The position numbers and the translations under genes are program-made. This document shows positions 30,827-40,797 of a stretch of DNA of 64,000 nucleotides, piece after piece. The notes under the pieces were generated by a model. It worked only from the letters and a program-made list of their open reading frames with translations. It did no database searches and was not told the DNA's origin. The stretch's first letter is position 1; every line of letters begins with the position of its first letter. This DNA is from Escherichia coli (GTDB lineage Bacteria; Pseudomonadota; Gammaproteobacteria; Enterobacterales; Enterobacteriaceae), in the NCBI RefSeq assembly GCF_003334815.1, contig NZ_QOWO01000016.1. One strand, written 5' to 3'.

Positions 30827-31330
30827 GTGCCGCATATGGCTGGAACGGCGGGGCGTTCCGGGCGTCGCCCCAAGCCAACGGCGCGCAAGGCGCTGGCCGG
30901 AAACCCCGGCAAGCGAGCCCTGAACAAAGATGAACCTGTTTTTACGCCCATCAAAGGTGTTGAGCCACCGGAGTGGTTCGCTGAAGAAGATCTCCCTCTC
31001 GCCACGATCATGTGGCAACTGACAACCAAAGAACTCTGCGGTCAGGGCCTGCTGTGCGTGACTGACCTCGCGGTGCTTGAGCGGTGGTGCGTGGCCTATG
31101 AGTTCTGGCGACGTGCTGTGAAAAATATTGCCATACAGGGCAACACCATCACCGGCGCAATGGGCGGCAGGGTCAAAAATCCGGAGCTGACAGCCAAAAA
31201 AGAACAGGAGTCCGAGATGAGCAGCACGGGGGCAATGCTCGGACTCGACCCCAGCAGCCGCCAGCGTCTGATTGGCCTGGCGGGGCAGAAGAAAGCTACT
31301 AACCCGTTTCTGAAAATCATCGAATCATGA
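30827..31330 (+). CDS. Terminase small subunit (P27 family-like)
   Basis: 167 aa; basic N-terminus; overlaps the large subunit start. Confidence 0.6.
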   Translation: MPHMAGTAGRSGRRPKPTARKALAGNPGKRALNKDEPVFTPIKGVEPPEWFAEEDLPLATIMWQLTTKELCGQGLLCVTDLAVLERWCVAYEFWRRAVKNIAIQGNTITGAMGGRVKNPELTAKKEQESEMSSTGAMLGLDPSSRQRLIGLAGQKKATNPFLKIIES

Positions 31331-33060
31331 GCCGGAAATCTTACCCCAACGTAAATGCTGCCAATCAGTATGCCCGGGATGTCGTTCGCGGAAAGATTGT
31401 GGCCTGCCAGTTTGTGATTCAGGCCTGCCAGCGCCATCTTGATGACCTGATGGAGGAAAAAAGTAAGTCGTTTCGTTACCGCTTCGACAAGGACCTGGCT
31501 GAACGGGCCGCGAAATTTATTCAGCTGTTGCCGCACACCAAGGGTGAGTGGGCATTTAAGAGGATGCCCATCACGCTGGAGCCGTGGCAGCTCTTTGTGA
31601 TCTGCTGCGCGTTTGGCTGGGTCAATAAAGGCTCCCGGCTGCGCCGCTTCCGTGAGGTGTATACCGAAATCCCCCGTAAGAACGGCAAATCGGCAATCTC
31701 TGCCGGTGTCGCCCTGTATTGTTTTGCCTGTGATAACGAGTTCGGCGCGGAAGTGTATTCCGGTGCCACGACGGAGAAACAGGCATGGGAAGTCTTTCGT
31801 CCGGCAAGACTGATGTGTAAACGCACGCCCATGCTGACGGAAGCGTTCGGGATTGAGGTTAACGCCTCAAACATGAACCGTCCGGAGGATGGTGCGCGTT
31901 TTGAACCGCTGATCGGTAACCCCGGTGATGGTTCATCACCCCACTGTGCGGTGGTGGATGAATATCACGAGCACGCCACAGATGCGCTTTACACCACGAT
32001 GCTTACCGGGATGGGGGCGCGACGTCAGCCACTGATGTGGGCTATCACTACCGCCGGGTACAACATTGAGGGGCCGTGCTACGACAAACGGCGGGAAGTC
32101 ATCGAGATGCTCAACGGCTCGGTGCCTAACGATGAACTGTTCGGGATCATCTATACCGTTGATGAAGGTGACGACTGGACCGACCCGCAGGTGCTGGAAA
32201 AAGCCAATCCAAATATTGGCGTGTCGGTTTATCGCGAATTTTTGTTAAGTCAGCAGCAGCGTGCGAAAAATAACGCCCGTCTGGCAAACGTCTTTAAAAC
32301 AAAACACCTCAATATCTGGGTGTCGGCGCGTTCGGCGTATTTCAACCTGGTGAGCTGGCAGAGCTGCGAGGATAAATCACTGACCCTTGAGCAGTTCGAG
32401 GGGCAGCCGTGCATTCTGGCCTTTGACCTGGCGCGTAAGCTGGATATGAACAGCATGGCGCGACTTTATACCCGCGAGATTGACGGTAAAACGCATTACT
32501 ACAGTGTGGCCCCGCGTTTCTGGGTACCGTATGACACGGTGTACAGCGTCGAGAAAAATGAAGATCGACGGACAGCCGAACGCTTTCAGAAATGGGTGGA
32601 AATGGGCGTTCTGACCGTTACCGATGGTGCGGAGGTGGATTATCGCTACATCCTCGAGGAGGCCAAAGCGGCGAACAAAATCAGCCCGGTCAGTGAGTCA
32701 CCCATCGACCCCTTCGGGGCGACCGGGTTGTCACATGACCTTGCTGATGAAGACCTGAACCCCATCACTATCATTCAGAACTACACCAACATGTCCGACC
32801 CGATGAAAGAGCTGGAAGCGGCAATTGAATCGGGGCGCTTTCATCATGATGGCAATCCCATCATGACCTGGTGTATCGGCAACGTGGTCGGCAAAACCAT
32901 TCCGGGTAACGATGATGTGGTGAAGCCCGTCAAAGAGCAGGCGGAAAACAAAATCGATGGTGCAGTTGCGCTGATTATGGCGGTTGGCAGAGCCATGCTG
33001 TACGAGAAAGAAGACACGCTGTCTGACCACATTGAGTCCTATGGGATCCGCTCGCTTTAA
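31327..33060 (+). CDS. Terminase large subunit
   Basis: 577 aa with N-terminal ATPase and C-terminal nuclease architecture. Confidence 0.85.
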   Translation: MSRKSYPNVNAANQYARDVVRGKIVACQFVIQACQRHLDDLMEEKSKSFRYRFDKDLAERAAKFIQLLPHTKGEWAFKRMPITLEPWQLFVICCAFGWVNKGSRLRRFREVYTEIPRKNGKSAISAGVALYCFACDNEFGAEVYSGATTEKQAWEVFRPARLMCKRTPMLTEAFGIEVNASNMNRPEDGARFEPLIGNPGDGSSPHCAVVDEYHEHATDALYTTMLTGMGARRQPLMWAITTAGYNIEGPCYDKRREVIEMLNGSVPNDELFGIIYTVDEGDDWTDPQVLEKANPNIGVSVYREFLLSQQQRAKNNARLANVFKTKHLNIWVSARSAYFNLVSWQSCEDKSLTLEQFEGQPCILAFDLARKLDMNSMARLYTREIDGKTHYYSVAPRFWVPYDTVYSVEKNEDRRTAERFQKWVEMGVLTVTDGAEVDYRYILEEAKAANKISPVSESPIDPFGATGLSHDLADEDLNPITIIQNYTNMSDPMKELEAAIESGRFHHDGNPIMTWCIGNVVGKTIPGNDDVVKPVKEQAENKIDGAVALIMAVGRAMLYEKEDTLSDHIESYGIRSL

Positions 33061-33253
33061 CTGAGGTAATTATGATCATGCTGATTCTCGCGCCTCTGGT
33101 GGGCGTGCTGGGGGCGCTTTTGCTGGCGTATGGTGCCTGGCTGATTTATCCCCCGGCGGGGTTTGTTGTTGCCGGGGCGTTGTGTCTGTTCTGGTCGTGG
33201 CTGGTGGCGCGATATCTCGACCGTACACAGCCGTCTTTCGGCGGAGGTAAATA

Positions 33254-34495
33254 GTGTTCTTTTCGGGATTATTTCAACGAAAAAGTGACGCACCGATGAC
33301 CACGCCAGCAGAGCTGGCGGAGGCTATCGGGCTATCATATGACACCTATACCGGAAAGCAGATCAGCAGCCAGCGGGCCATGCGACTGACGGCGGTTTTT
33401 TCCTGCGTCAGGGTGCTGGCAGAGTCGGTCGGGATGTTGCCCTGCAATCTGTATCACCTGAACGGCAGCCTGAAACAGAGAGCCACCGGCGAACGTCTGC
33501 ATAAGCTGATCTCCACGCATCCCAATGGCTATATGACGCCGCAGGAGTTCTGGGAGCTGGTGGTCACCTGTCTGTGCCTGAGGGGAAACTTTTACGCCTA
33601 CAAAGTGAAAGCATTTGGCGAAGTGGCTGAACTGCTGCCCGTCGATCCCGGTTGTGTGGTACCGAAGCTTAACAGTAGCTGGGAGCCGGTCTATCAGGTC
33701 ACATTCCCGGACGGCTCCACGGATGTGCTGAGCCAGGAGGATATCTGGCATGTGCGCACGCTGACGCTGGACGGACTGGTGGGGCTGAATCCCGTCGCCT
33801 ATGCCCGCGAGGCAATATCGCTGGCGGCAGCGACTGAAGAGCACGGGGCCAGACTGTTCAGCAATGGTGCGGTGACGTCGGGTGTGTTGCGTACAGAGCA
33901 GACGCTGTCAGATCAGGCTTATGAGCGCCTGAAGAAAGATTTTGAGGAGCGTCACACCGGGCTTGGCAATGCTCACCGCCCGATGATCCTTGAGATGGGG
34001 CTGGACTGGAAGTCGATGGCGCTGAACGCCGAGGACAGCCAGTTCCTGGAAACCCGCAAGTTTCAGCTTGAAGAAATCTGTCGTCTGTTCCGGGTACCGT
34101 TGCACATGGTGCAGAACACCGATCGCGCCACCTTCAACAATATCGAAGAACTGGGGCTCGGATTTATCAACTATTCACTGGTGCCGTATCTGACCCGCAT
34201 CGAACAGCGGATCAACACCGGACTGGTACGAAAAAGTAAGCAGGGCGTTTATTACGCCAAATTTAACGCCGGGGCGTTACTGCGCGGGGATATGAAGTCC
34301 CGTTTTGAAGCCTACGCCACCGGGATTAACTGGGGAATTTACTCTCCCAATGACTGCCGCGACCTGGAAGATATGAATCCGCGTCCCGGTGGGGATGTCT
34401 ATCTCACACCGATGAACATGACCACGAAACCCTCCGATGGCAGTAAAGCCGGTAAGCAGAAGGATAACGCCAATGCAGACGAAACAACGTCTTGA
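33254..34495 (+). CDS. Portal protein (HK97 family)
   Basis: 413 aa; conserved terminase-portal-protease-capsid order; the true start may be an internal ATG. Confidence 0.8.
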   Translation: MFFSGLFQRKSDAPMTTPAELAEAIGLSYDTYTGKQISSQRAMRLTAVFSCVRVLAESVGMLPCNLYHLNGSLKQRATGERLHKLISTHPNGYMTPQEFWELVVTCLCLRGNFYAYKVKAFGEVAELLPVDPGCVVPKLNSSWEPVYQVTFPDGSTDVLSQEDIWHVRTLTLDGLVGLNPVAYAREAISLAAATEEHGARLFSNGAVTSGVLRTEQTLSDQAYERLKKDFEERHTGLGNAHRPMILEMGLDWKSMALNAEDSQFLETRKFQLEEICRLFRVPLHMVQNTDRATFNNIEELGLGFINYSLVPYLTRIEQRINTGLVRKSKQGVYYAKFNAGALLRGDMKSRFEAYATGINWGIYSPNDCRDLEDMNPRPGGDVYLTPMNMTTKPSDGSKAGKQKDNANADETTS

Positions 34496-35123
34496 TGTAC
34501 CGCTGAGTCTGAAATCTGTCAGTGACTCCGGTGAGTTTGAAGGGTATGGCTCCGTCTTTGGTGTAAAGGACAGCCACGATGATGTGGTGATGTCCGGGGC
34601 ATTTGCTGCTTCCCTGCGGGCGTGGAGTGACAGAAAAGCGTTACCTGCGCTGCTCTGGCAGCACCGCATGGATGAGCCCATCGGTGTTTACACCGAAATG
34701 AAGGAAGACGATGTCGGGCTTTACGTCAGGGGGCGGTTGCTCATTGATGATGATCCCCTGGCAAAACGCGCACATGCACACATGAAGGCCGGTTCGTTAA
34801 CCGGCCTTTCTATTGGGTACGTCCTGAAGGACTGGGAATACGACCGGACGAAAGAAGCCTTTCTGCTGAAAGAAATCGACCTCTGGGAAGTCAGTCTGGT
34901 GACGTTTCCGTCTAACGACGAGGCGCGGATCAGCGACGTCAAGAACGCGCTGGCCCGCGGGGAAATCCCCGAACAGAAAAAAATCGAAAGAGTCCTGCGT
35001 GATGTCGGACTCTCCCGTACCCAGGCCAAAGCATTCATGGCCGGGGGCTATAGCGCACTGTCCCTGCGCGACGCTGAGGATGTGGGCTCTGCACTGAATG
35101 CACTGAAAAATCTGAACTTCTAA
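34437..35123 (+). CDS. Prohead protease (HK97 family)
   Basis: 228 aa; located between portal and capsid. Confidence 0.75.
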   Translation: MAVKPVSRRITPMQTKQRLDVPLSLKSVSDSGEFEGYGSVFGVKDSHDDVVMSGAFAASLRAWSDRKALPALLWQHRMDEPIGVYTEMKEDDVGLYVRGRLLIDDDPLAKRAHAHMKAGSLTGLSIGYVLKDWEYDRTKEAFLLKEIDLWEVSLVTFPSNDEARISDVKNALARGEIPEQKKIERVLRDVGLSRTQAKAFMAGGYSALSLRDAEDVGSALNALKNLNF

Positions 35124-35137
35124 TCAGGAGAAATACG

Positions 35138-36343
35138 ATGGCGGTAGATATTAAAGATGTCGAACAGGTCGCGCAGGAGCTGCAGCAGAAGTTTGACGAC
35201 TTCAAAGCAAAGAACGACAAGCGCGTGGATGCGATTGAGCAGGAAAAAGGCAAGCTTGCCGGGCAGGTGGAAACCCTGAACGGGAAACTCAGCGAGCTGG
35301 AAAATCTCAAAAGCGATCTTGAAAAAGAGCTGCTTGAGCTGAAACGTCCGGCAGGTGGCGCGCAAAATAAACTGGCCACCGAGCATAAAGAAGCGTTTGT
35401 GGGCTTTTTGCGTAAAGGCCGTGAAGATGGTCTGCGCGATCTGGAGCGTAAGGCATTGCAGGTGGGCACCGATGAAGACGGTGGCTATGCCGTGCCGGAA
35501 GCGCTGGATCGCAACATTCTCACCCTGCTGAAAGATGAAGTGGTGATGCGCCAGGAAGCCACGGTGATCACCGTTGGCGGTTCCGACTACAAAAAACTGG
35601 TGAATCTGGGCGGCACGGCTTCCGGATGGGTGGGGGAAACGGATACGCGATCCCAGACTGCCACCTCCAGACTGGAGCTGATTGAACCTCTCATGGGGGA
35701 AATCTACGGCAACCCGCAGGCCACCCAGAAAATGCTGGACGATGCCTTCTTCAACGTGGAGGCCTGGATCAACAGCGAGCTGGCAACCGAATTTGCCGAA
35801 CAGGAAGAAATTGCCTTTACCTCAGGCGATGGCACCAAGAAGCCGAAAGGGTTCCTGGCGTATGAATCCACGGATGAAACCGATAAGGTCCGGGCGTTCG
35901 GCAAACTTCAGCATATTGTATCCGGCGAAGCGACTGCGGTGACCGCAGACGCCATTATCAAACTGATTTACACGCTGCGTAAGGCACACCGCACTGGCGC
36001 GAAGTTCATGATGAACAACAACAGCCTGTTTGCCATCCGTCTGCTGAAAGACACCGAGGGTAACTATCTGTGGCGTCCGGGGCTGGAACTGGGGCAGCCG
36101 TCCTCTCTGGCGGGTTACGGTATCGCTGAAAACGAACAGATGCCGGATATCGCCGCTGATGCGAAAGCCATTGCATTTGGTAACTTCAAACGGGGTTACA
36201 CCATCGTTGACCGTATCGGCACCCGCATTCTGCGTGACCCGTACACCAATAAACCGTTTGTCGGTTTTTATACCACCAAGCGCACCGGCGGGATGCTGGT
36301 CGATTCGCAGGCCATCAAACTGCTGAAGATTGCAGCGGCGTAA
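35138..36343 (+). CDS. Major capsid protein (HK97 fold)
   Basis: 401 aa; CAGGAG before ATG; N-terminal coiled-coil delta domain. Confidence 0.8.
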   Translation: MAVDIKDVEQVAQELQQKFDDFKAKNDKRVDAIEQEKGKLAGQVETLNGKLSELENLKSDLEKELLELKRPAGGAQNKLATEHKEAFVGFLRKGREDGLRDLERKALQVGTDEDGGYAVPEALDRNILTLLKDEVVMRQEATVITVGGSDYKKLVNLGGTASGWVGETDTRSQTATSRLELIEPLMGEIYGNPQATQKMLDDAFFNVEAWINSELATEFAEQEEIAFTSGDGTKKPKGFLAYESTDETDKVRAFGKLQHIVSGEATAVTADAIIKLIYTLRKAHRTGAKFMMNNNSLFAIRLLKDTEGNYLWRPGLELGQPSSLAGYGIAENEQMPDIAADAKAIAFGNFKRGYTIVDRIGTRILRDPYTNKPFVGFYTTKRTGGMLVDSQAIKLLKIAAA

Positions 36344-36392
36344 TCATTCAGGGGCGCGGAACCGCGCCCCCTGTTCTGACGGGTGAAGAATC

Positions 36393-36593
36393 ATGATCCT
36401 GAAACAAGATCTGAAATGGTCACCGGACGGTATGCGTGTTGAGGTCATTCGGGCCGGTGAGTATGACGACGGAGCGCTTCCTGCCCGGGTGCAGGAGATT
36501 GCACTTCAGGCCGGGTTAGCTGAGCGCGGAACCAGTGCAAAAAGCAGTAAAGCGGCAAAAGAGAAAAAAGCCACGACCAGTAAAGAGAGCTGA
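36393..36593 (+). CDS. Phage hypothetical protein
   Basis: 66 aa between capsid and connector genes. Confidence 0.3.
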   Translation: MILKQDLKWSPDGMRVEVIRAGEYDDGALPARVQEIALQAGLAERGTSAKSSKAAKEKKATTSKES

Positions 36594-36595
36594 GT

Positions 36596-36919
36596 ATGCT
36601 TCTGACAATGGAAGAGATTAAAGCCCAACTCCGGCTGGATGAGGATTTCGATGCTGATGACCGCCATCTGCAACTGCTGGCCTGTGCGGCGCAAAAGCGG
36701 ACGGAAACGTATCTGAACCGGAAGCTCTATGCACCGGATGAATCCATTCCGGACAGCGATCCGGACGGACTGCACCTGCCGGATGATATTCGTCTGGGGA
36801 TGCTGATGCTTATCAGCCATTTTTACGAAAACCGCTCGTCGGTTACGGAAGTGGAGAAACTCGACATGCCGCAGAGTTTTGGCTGGCTTGTCGGCCCGTA
36901 CAGGTACTTTCCGCAATGA
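36596..36919 (+). CDS. Head-tail connector (gp6-like)
   Basis: 107 aa; position and size. Confidence 0.55.
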   Translation: MLLTMEEIKAQLRLDEDFDADDRHLQLLACAAQKRTETYLNRKLYAPDESIPDSDPDGLHLPDDIRLGMLMLISHFYENRSSVTEVEKLDMPQSFGWLVGPYRYFPQ

Positions 36920-37326
36920 AAATTCGTCAGGCGCAGACCAGCGCAACCTACATTCTGCCGGACCCCGGTGAACTGAATAAACGCGTCCTGATCCGCCTGC
37001 GGGTGGATATGCCCGCGGATAACTTTGGCGTGGAGCCTCAATACCCGGTTACGTTCCGGACATGGGCGAAGGTTATCCAGACCAGTGCCACCACCTGGCA
37101 GGAAACCGCGCAGACAGGGGACGCCATCACCCATTACATCACCATTCGTTATCGCCGGGGGATCACCGCTGATTATGAGGTGGTCTGCGGTGACAGTGTG
37201 TACCGGGTGAAACGTCAGCGCGATCTGAACGGGGCGCGGCGCTTTCTGCTGCTGGAGTGTACGGAGCTGGGCGAATTTACGCAGAGTCACGGAGGCAGCA
37301 ATGGCGACTCCCTTTTTTCACGTTGA
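36916..37326 (+). CDS. Head closure / head-tail adaptor protein
   Basis: 136 aa; position. Confidence 0.5.
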   Translation: MKIRQAQTSATYILPDPGELNKRVLIRLRVDMPADNFGVEPQYPVTFRTWAKVIQTSATTWQETAQTGDAITHYITIRYRRGITADYEVVCGDSVYRVKRQRDLNGARRFLLLECTELGEFTQSHGGSNGDSLFSR

Positions 37327-37798
37327 TGTTCAGCAGCCCGCGGAGATGCGCTTTAACCGCGCCCGTGTCCGGCGGGCGTTTGTCACGATTGGGCAGCGTC
37401 ATATGCGTGATGCCCGTCGGCTGGTGATGCGCCGTGCGCGGTCGGCACCAGGTGAAAACCCCGGTTATCAGACTGGACGCCTGGCTCGTTCGATTGGTTA
37501 CATGGTGCCGGGAGCCAGTAAAAAGCGAGCCGGTTTTATGACACGCATTGCCCCTAACCAGCGCAACGGGAGGGGGAACCGGATGATCTCTGGTGACTTC
37601 TATCCGGCGTTTCTGTTTTTTGGTGTCCGGGGAGGAGCAAAACGTCGTCGCAGTCATCATCGTGGTGCATCCGGTGGCAGCGGCTGGCGACTGGCTCCAC
37701 GTAATAACTTCATGGTGGAAACGCTTGAAAAGAACCGCAGCTGGACACGCTATTTTCTGGCGCGGGAATTGCGTAAATCACTGAAGCCGGAGCGATGA
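37301..37798 (+). CDS. HK97 gp10-like head-tail joining protein
   Basis: 165 aa; position. Confidence 0.45.
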   Translation: MATPFFHVDVQQPAEMRFNRARVRRAFVTIGQRHMRDARRLVMRRARSAPGENPGYQTGRLARSIGYMVPGASKKRAGFMTRIAPNQRNGRGNRMISGDFYPAFLFFGVRGGAKRRRSHHRGASGGSGWRLAPRNNFMVETLEKNRSWTRYFLARELRKSLKPER

Positions 37799-38364
37799 CG
37801 CAGATGAAACTGACGCCTGTTATTGCTGCGCTGCGTGCCCGCTGCCCGTATTTTGAAAACCGGGTGGCAGGTGCGGCACAGTTCAAAAATCTGCCGGAGG
37901 TCGGAAAGCTGAAACTCCCGGCGGCGTATGTGGTACCGGGTGATGACTCTCCTGGAGAAAACAAAAGCCAGACCGACTACTGGCAGGAGCTGAAAGAGGG
38001 CTTCTCCGTGGTTGTCATACTGAGTAACGGGCGTGATGAGCGCGGTCAGTTTGCCTCGTATGATGTGGTGGACGATGTCCGGCAGATGCTCTTTAAGGCC
38101 CTGCTGGGCTGGAACCCGGAAGCGTGCGGTAACCCGATTACCTATGACGGCGGCACGCTGCTGGATCTGAATCGTCATGAGCTGATTTATCAGTTCGATT
38201 TTTCGGTCATCAGCGAGCTGACCGAAGATGATACCCGCCAGCAGGATGATCTGAACAGTCTGGATGAACTGCAAACGCTGGCGATTGATGTTGATTATCT
38301 CGAGCCCGGTAACGGGCCTGACGGCGATATCGAACATCACACCGAAATAACCCTTCCTTCCTGA
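37795..38364 (+). CDS. Tail completion / neck protein (Mu-like)
   Basis: 189 aa; position before the sheath gene. Confidence 0.4.
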   Translation: MTQMKLTPVIAALRARCPYFENRVAGAAQFKNLPEVGKLKLPAAYVVPGDDSPGENKSQTDYWQELKEGFSVVVILSNGRDERGQFASYDVVDDVRQMLFKALLGWNPEACGNPITYDGGTLLDLNRHELIYQFDFSVISELTEDDTRQQDDLNSLDELQTLAIDVDYLEPGNGPDGDIEHHTEITLPS

Positions 38365-38372
38365 GGATCCTC

Positions 38373-38543
38373 ATGTTTGTCAAACCTGTTAAAGGGCGGT
38401 CAGTGCCTGACCCTGCCCGCGGCGACCTTTTGCCCGCCGAAGGGCGAAATGTTGACGAGAACAACTACTGGCTGCGCCGTGAAGCAGCGGGTGATATCCG
38501 GCGCGTGAATAAAAAGGTGAACACCGATGACGATAAGCTTTAA
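38373..38543 (+). CDS. Small phage protein (DUF2635-like)
   Basis: 56 aa frame (MFVKPVKGRSVPDPARGDLL...) immediately upstream of and overlapping the sheath gene start; below the ORF-track size cutoff. Confidence 0.3.
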   Translation: MFVKPVKGRSVPDPARGDLLPAEGRNVDENNYWLRREAAGDIRRVNKKVNTDDDKL

Positions 38544-40023
38544 CTCCATTCCGTCGAATACGCTGGTTCCGCTGTTTTATGCGGAAATGGATAACCAGGC
38601 GGCGAATACTGCACAGGACAGCGGAGCATCGCTGCTGATTGGTCATGCCAGTAACGGTGCAGAGATTGTTGCCAACAGTCTGGTACTGATGCCGTCGGCA
38701 GACTATGCACGCCAGATTTGTGGTGCGGGAAGTCAGCTGGCGCGTATGGTCGAGGCTTATCGCCAGACTGACCCGTTTGGCGAGCTGTATGTGATTGCCG
38801 TTCCTGAATCCACGGGCGCGGCGGCAACGGTTACGCTGACGGTGACCGGGGCGGCAACCGAAACCGGCACGGTGAATGTGTATGTGGGACGTACCCGCGT
38901 GCAGGCACCGGTGACTAACGGCGATAACGTCACGATGATTGCCAGCAGTATCCAGGATGCCATCAATGCCGTTCCGACCCTGCCGTTTACGGCTTCATCT
39001 TCGGCAGGCGTGGTCACACTGACCGCGCGTCATAAGGGGCTTTGCGGGAATGAAATTCCTGTCAGCCTCAATTACTACGGCTTTGGTGGGGGCGAAGTGC
39101 TGCCAGCGGGCGTACAGATTGCCGTGGCGACGGGTACCGCCGGAACGGGTGCTCCGGTTCTCACCGGCGCGGTGGCTGCAATGGCGGATGAGCCGTTTGA
39201 TTATATCGGCCTGCCGTTCAACGACACGGCCTCCGTTAACACGCTGGTGACCGAGATGAACGATACCAGCGGTCGCTGGAGCTATGCGCGTCAGCTGTAT
39301 GGTCATGTGTATACGGCAAAGATCGGCACGCTGTCAGAACTGGTGACCGCAGGTGACCAGTTTAACCAGCAGCACATTACCCTGGCGGGATACGAAAAAG
39401 AGACCCAGACGCCTGCCGACGAGCTGGTGGCAAGCCGTACCGCCCGCGCAGCGGTGTTTATTCGCAACGATCCGGCACGTCCCACGCAGACCGGTGAGCT
39501 GGTGGGTATGCTGCCTGCGCCGAAGGGGAAACGGTTCACGATGACCGAGCAGCAGACCCTGCTGTCTCATGGCGTGGCAACGGCGTATGTCGAAAGCGGG
39601 GTGCTGCGCATTCAGCGTGATGTCACCACGTACAGGAAAAACGCTTACGGTGTTGCGGATAACAGCTACCTCGACAGCGAGACGCTGCATACCAGCGCGT
39701 ATGTGCTGCGCAAACTGAAATCCGTCATTACCAGTAAGTACGGGCGTCACAAGCTTGCCAGCGACGGTACCCGCTTTGGCCCCGGTCAGGCGATTGTCAC
39801 ACCGGCGGTGATCAAAGGGGAACTGCTGGCAACCTACCGTCAGCTTGAGCGTGCGGGGATCGTGGAAAACTACGAACTGTTTAAGCAGTACCTGGTTGTG
39901 GAGCGTGATGCCAGCGATCCGAACCGCCTGAACACGCTGTTCCCGCCTGACTATGTTAACCAGTTGCGTGTCTTTGCCGTGGTTAACCAGTTCCGTCTTC
40001 AGTATTCAGAGGAGTCTGCATAA
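38527..40023 (+). CDS. Contractile tail sheath protein
   Basis: 498 aa; followed by tube, chaperone and tape-measure genes (Mu-like order). Confidence 0.75.
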   Translation: MTISFNSIPSNTLVPLFYAEMDNQAANTAQDSGASLLIGHASNGAEIVANSLVLMPSADYARQICGAGSQLARMVEAYRQTDPFGELYVIAVPESTGAAATVTLTVTGAATETGTVNVYVGRTRVQAPVTNGDNVTMIASSIQDAINAVPTLPFTASSSAGVVTLTARHKGLCGNEIPVSLNYYGFGGGEVLPAGVQIAVATGTAGTGAPVLTGAVAAMADEPFDYIGLPFNDTASVNTLVTEMNDTSGRWSYARQLYGHVYTAKIGTLSELVTAGDQFNQQHITLAGYEKETQTPADELVASRTARAAVFIRNDPARPTQTGELVGMLPAPKGKRFTMTEQQTLLSHGVATAYVESGVLRIQRDVTTYRKNAYGVADNSYLDSETLHTSAYVLRKLKSVITSKYGRHKLASDGTRFGPGQAIVTPAVIKGELLATYRQLERAGIVENYELFKQYLVVERDASDPNRLNTLFPPDYVNQLRVFAVVNQFRLQYSEESA

Positions 40024-40379
40024 TGGCCCGTATCGGGGGAACCTGTTATTTCAAAATTGACGGTCAGCAGCTATCGCTGACCGGCGGCATTGAGGTGCCC
40101 ATGAACAGGACGGTCAATGATGACATCATCGGCCTGGACGGTTCAGTGGACCGCAAGGAAACTCACCGTGCGCCTTATGTCAAAGGGACCTTCAAGGTGC
40201 CGAAGAATTTTCCGGTGAGCAAAATCACCTCGTCTGATGAGATGACCATCACTGCCGAGCTGGCGAACGGTCAGGTCTATGTACTGTCGTCCGCCTGGCT
40301 GCACGGCGAAGCGAACCATAATGCCGAAGAAGGTACGGTTGATCTTGAGTTCCACGGTGAAGAAGGGGATTACCAGTAA
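40023..40379 (+). CDS. Tail tube protein
   Basis: 118 aa; position after sheath. Confidence 0.7.
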   Translation: MARIGGTCYFKIDGQQLSLTGGIEVPMNRTVNDDIIGLDGSVDRKETHRAPYVKGTFKVPKNFPVSKITSSDEMTITAELANGQVYVLSSAWLHGEANHNAEEGTVDLEFHGEEGDYQ

Positions 40380-40648
40380 TGAAAGAGCTTGAGTTAAAGA
40401 AACCGATTACTGCTCATGGCGAGACACTCTCCGTACTGGAGTTTGATGAACCCACCGGGAAGGACGTCCGCGAGCTGGGGTATCCCTACCAGATGAATCA
40501 GGATGAGTCAGTCAGACTTCTGGCGCATGTGGTGTCGAAATACATTGTGCGGCTGGCGAAAGTGCCGCAAAGCTCTGTCGACCAGATGTCTCCGGCAGAC
40601 CTGAATGCAGCGGCGTGGCTTGTGGCCGGTTTTTTCCTCCAGGCCTGA
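40379..40648 (+). CDS. Tail assembly chaperone (short form)
   Basis: 89 aa between tube and tape measure. Confidence 0.6.
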   Translation: MKELELKKPITAHGETLSVLEFDEPTGKDVRELGYPYQMNQDESVRLLAHVVSKYIVRLAKVPQSSVDQMSPADLNAAAWLVAGFFLQA

Positions 40649-40797
40649 CGGCTGAATACCTCACTGATCGCTTCTTTGACTGCGCCAGCTACTGGCGCAT
40701 TAATCCTTTCGAATTGCTGAATATGCCGATCAGTGAAATTCCCTTGCTGGTCAGTCAGGCAAACAGGATAGAGCAGGAGAAACGCACACATGGCTGA
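40379..40797 (+). CDS. Tail assembly chaperone, -1 frameshift fusion product (G/GT-like)
   Basis: Slippery heptamer T TTT TTC at 40630..40636; the -1 frame stays open to 40797 and overlaps the tape-measure start. Confidence 0.45.
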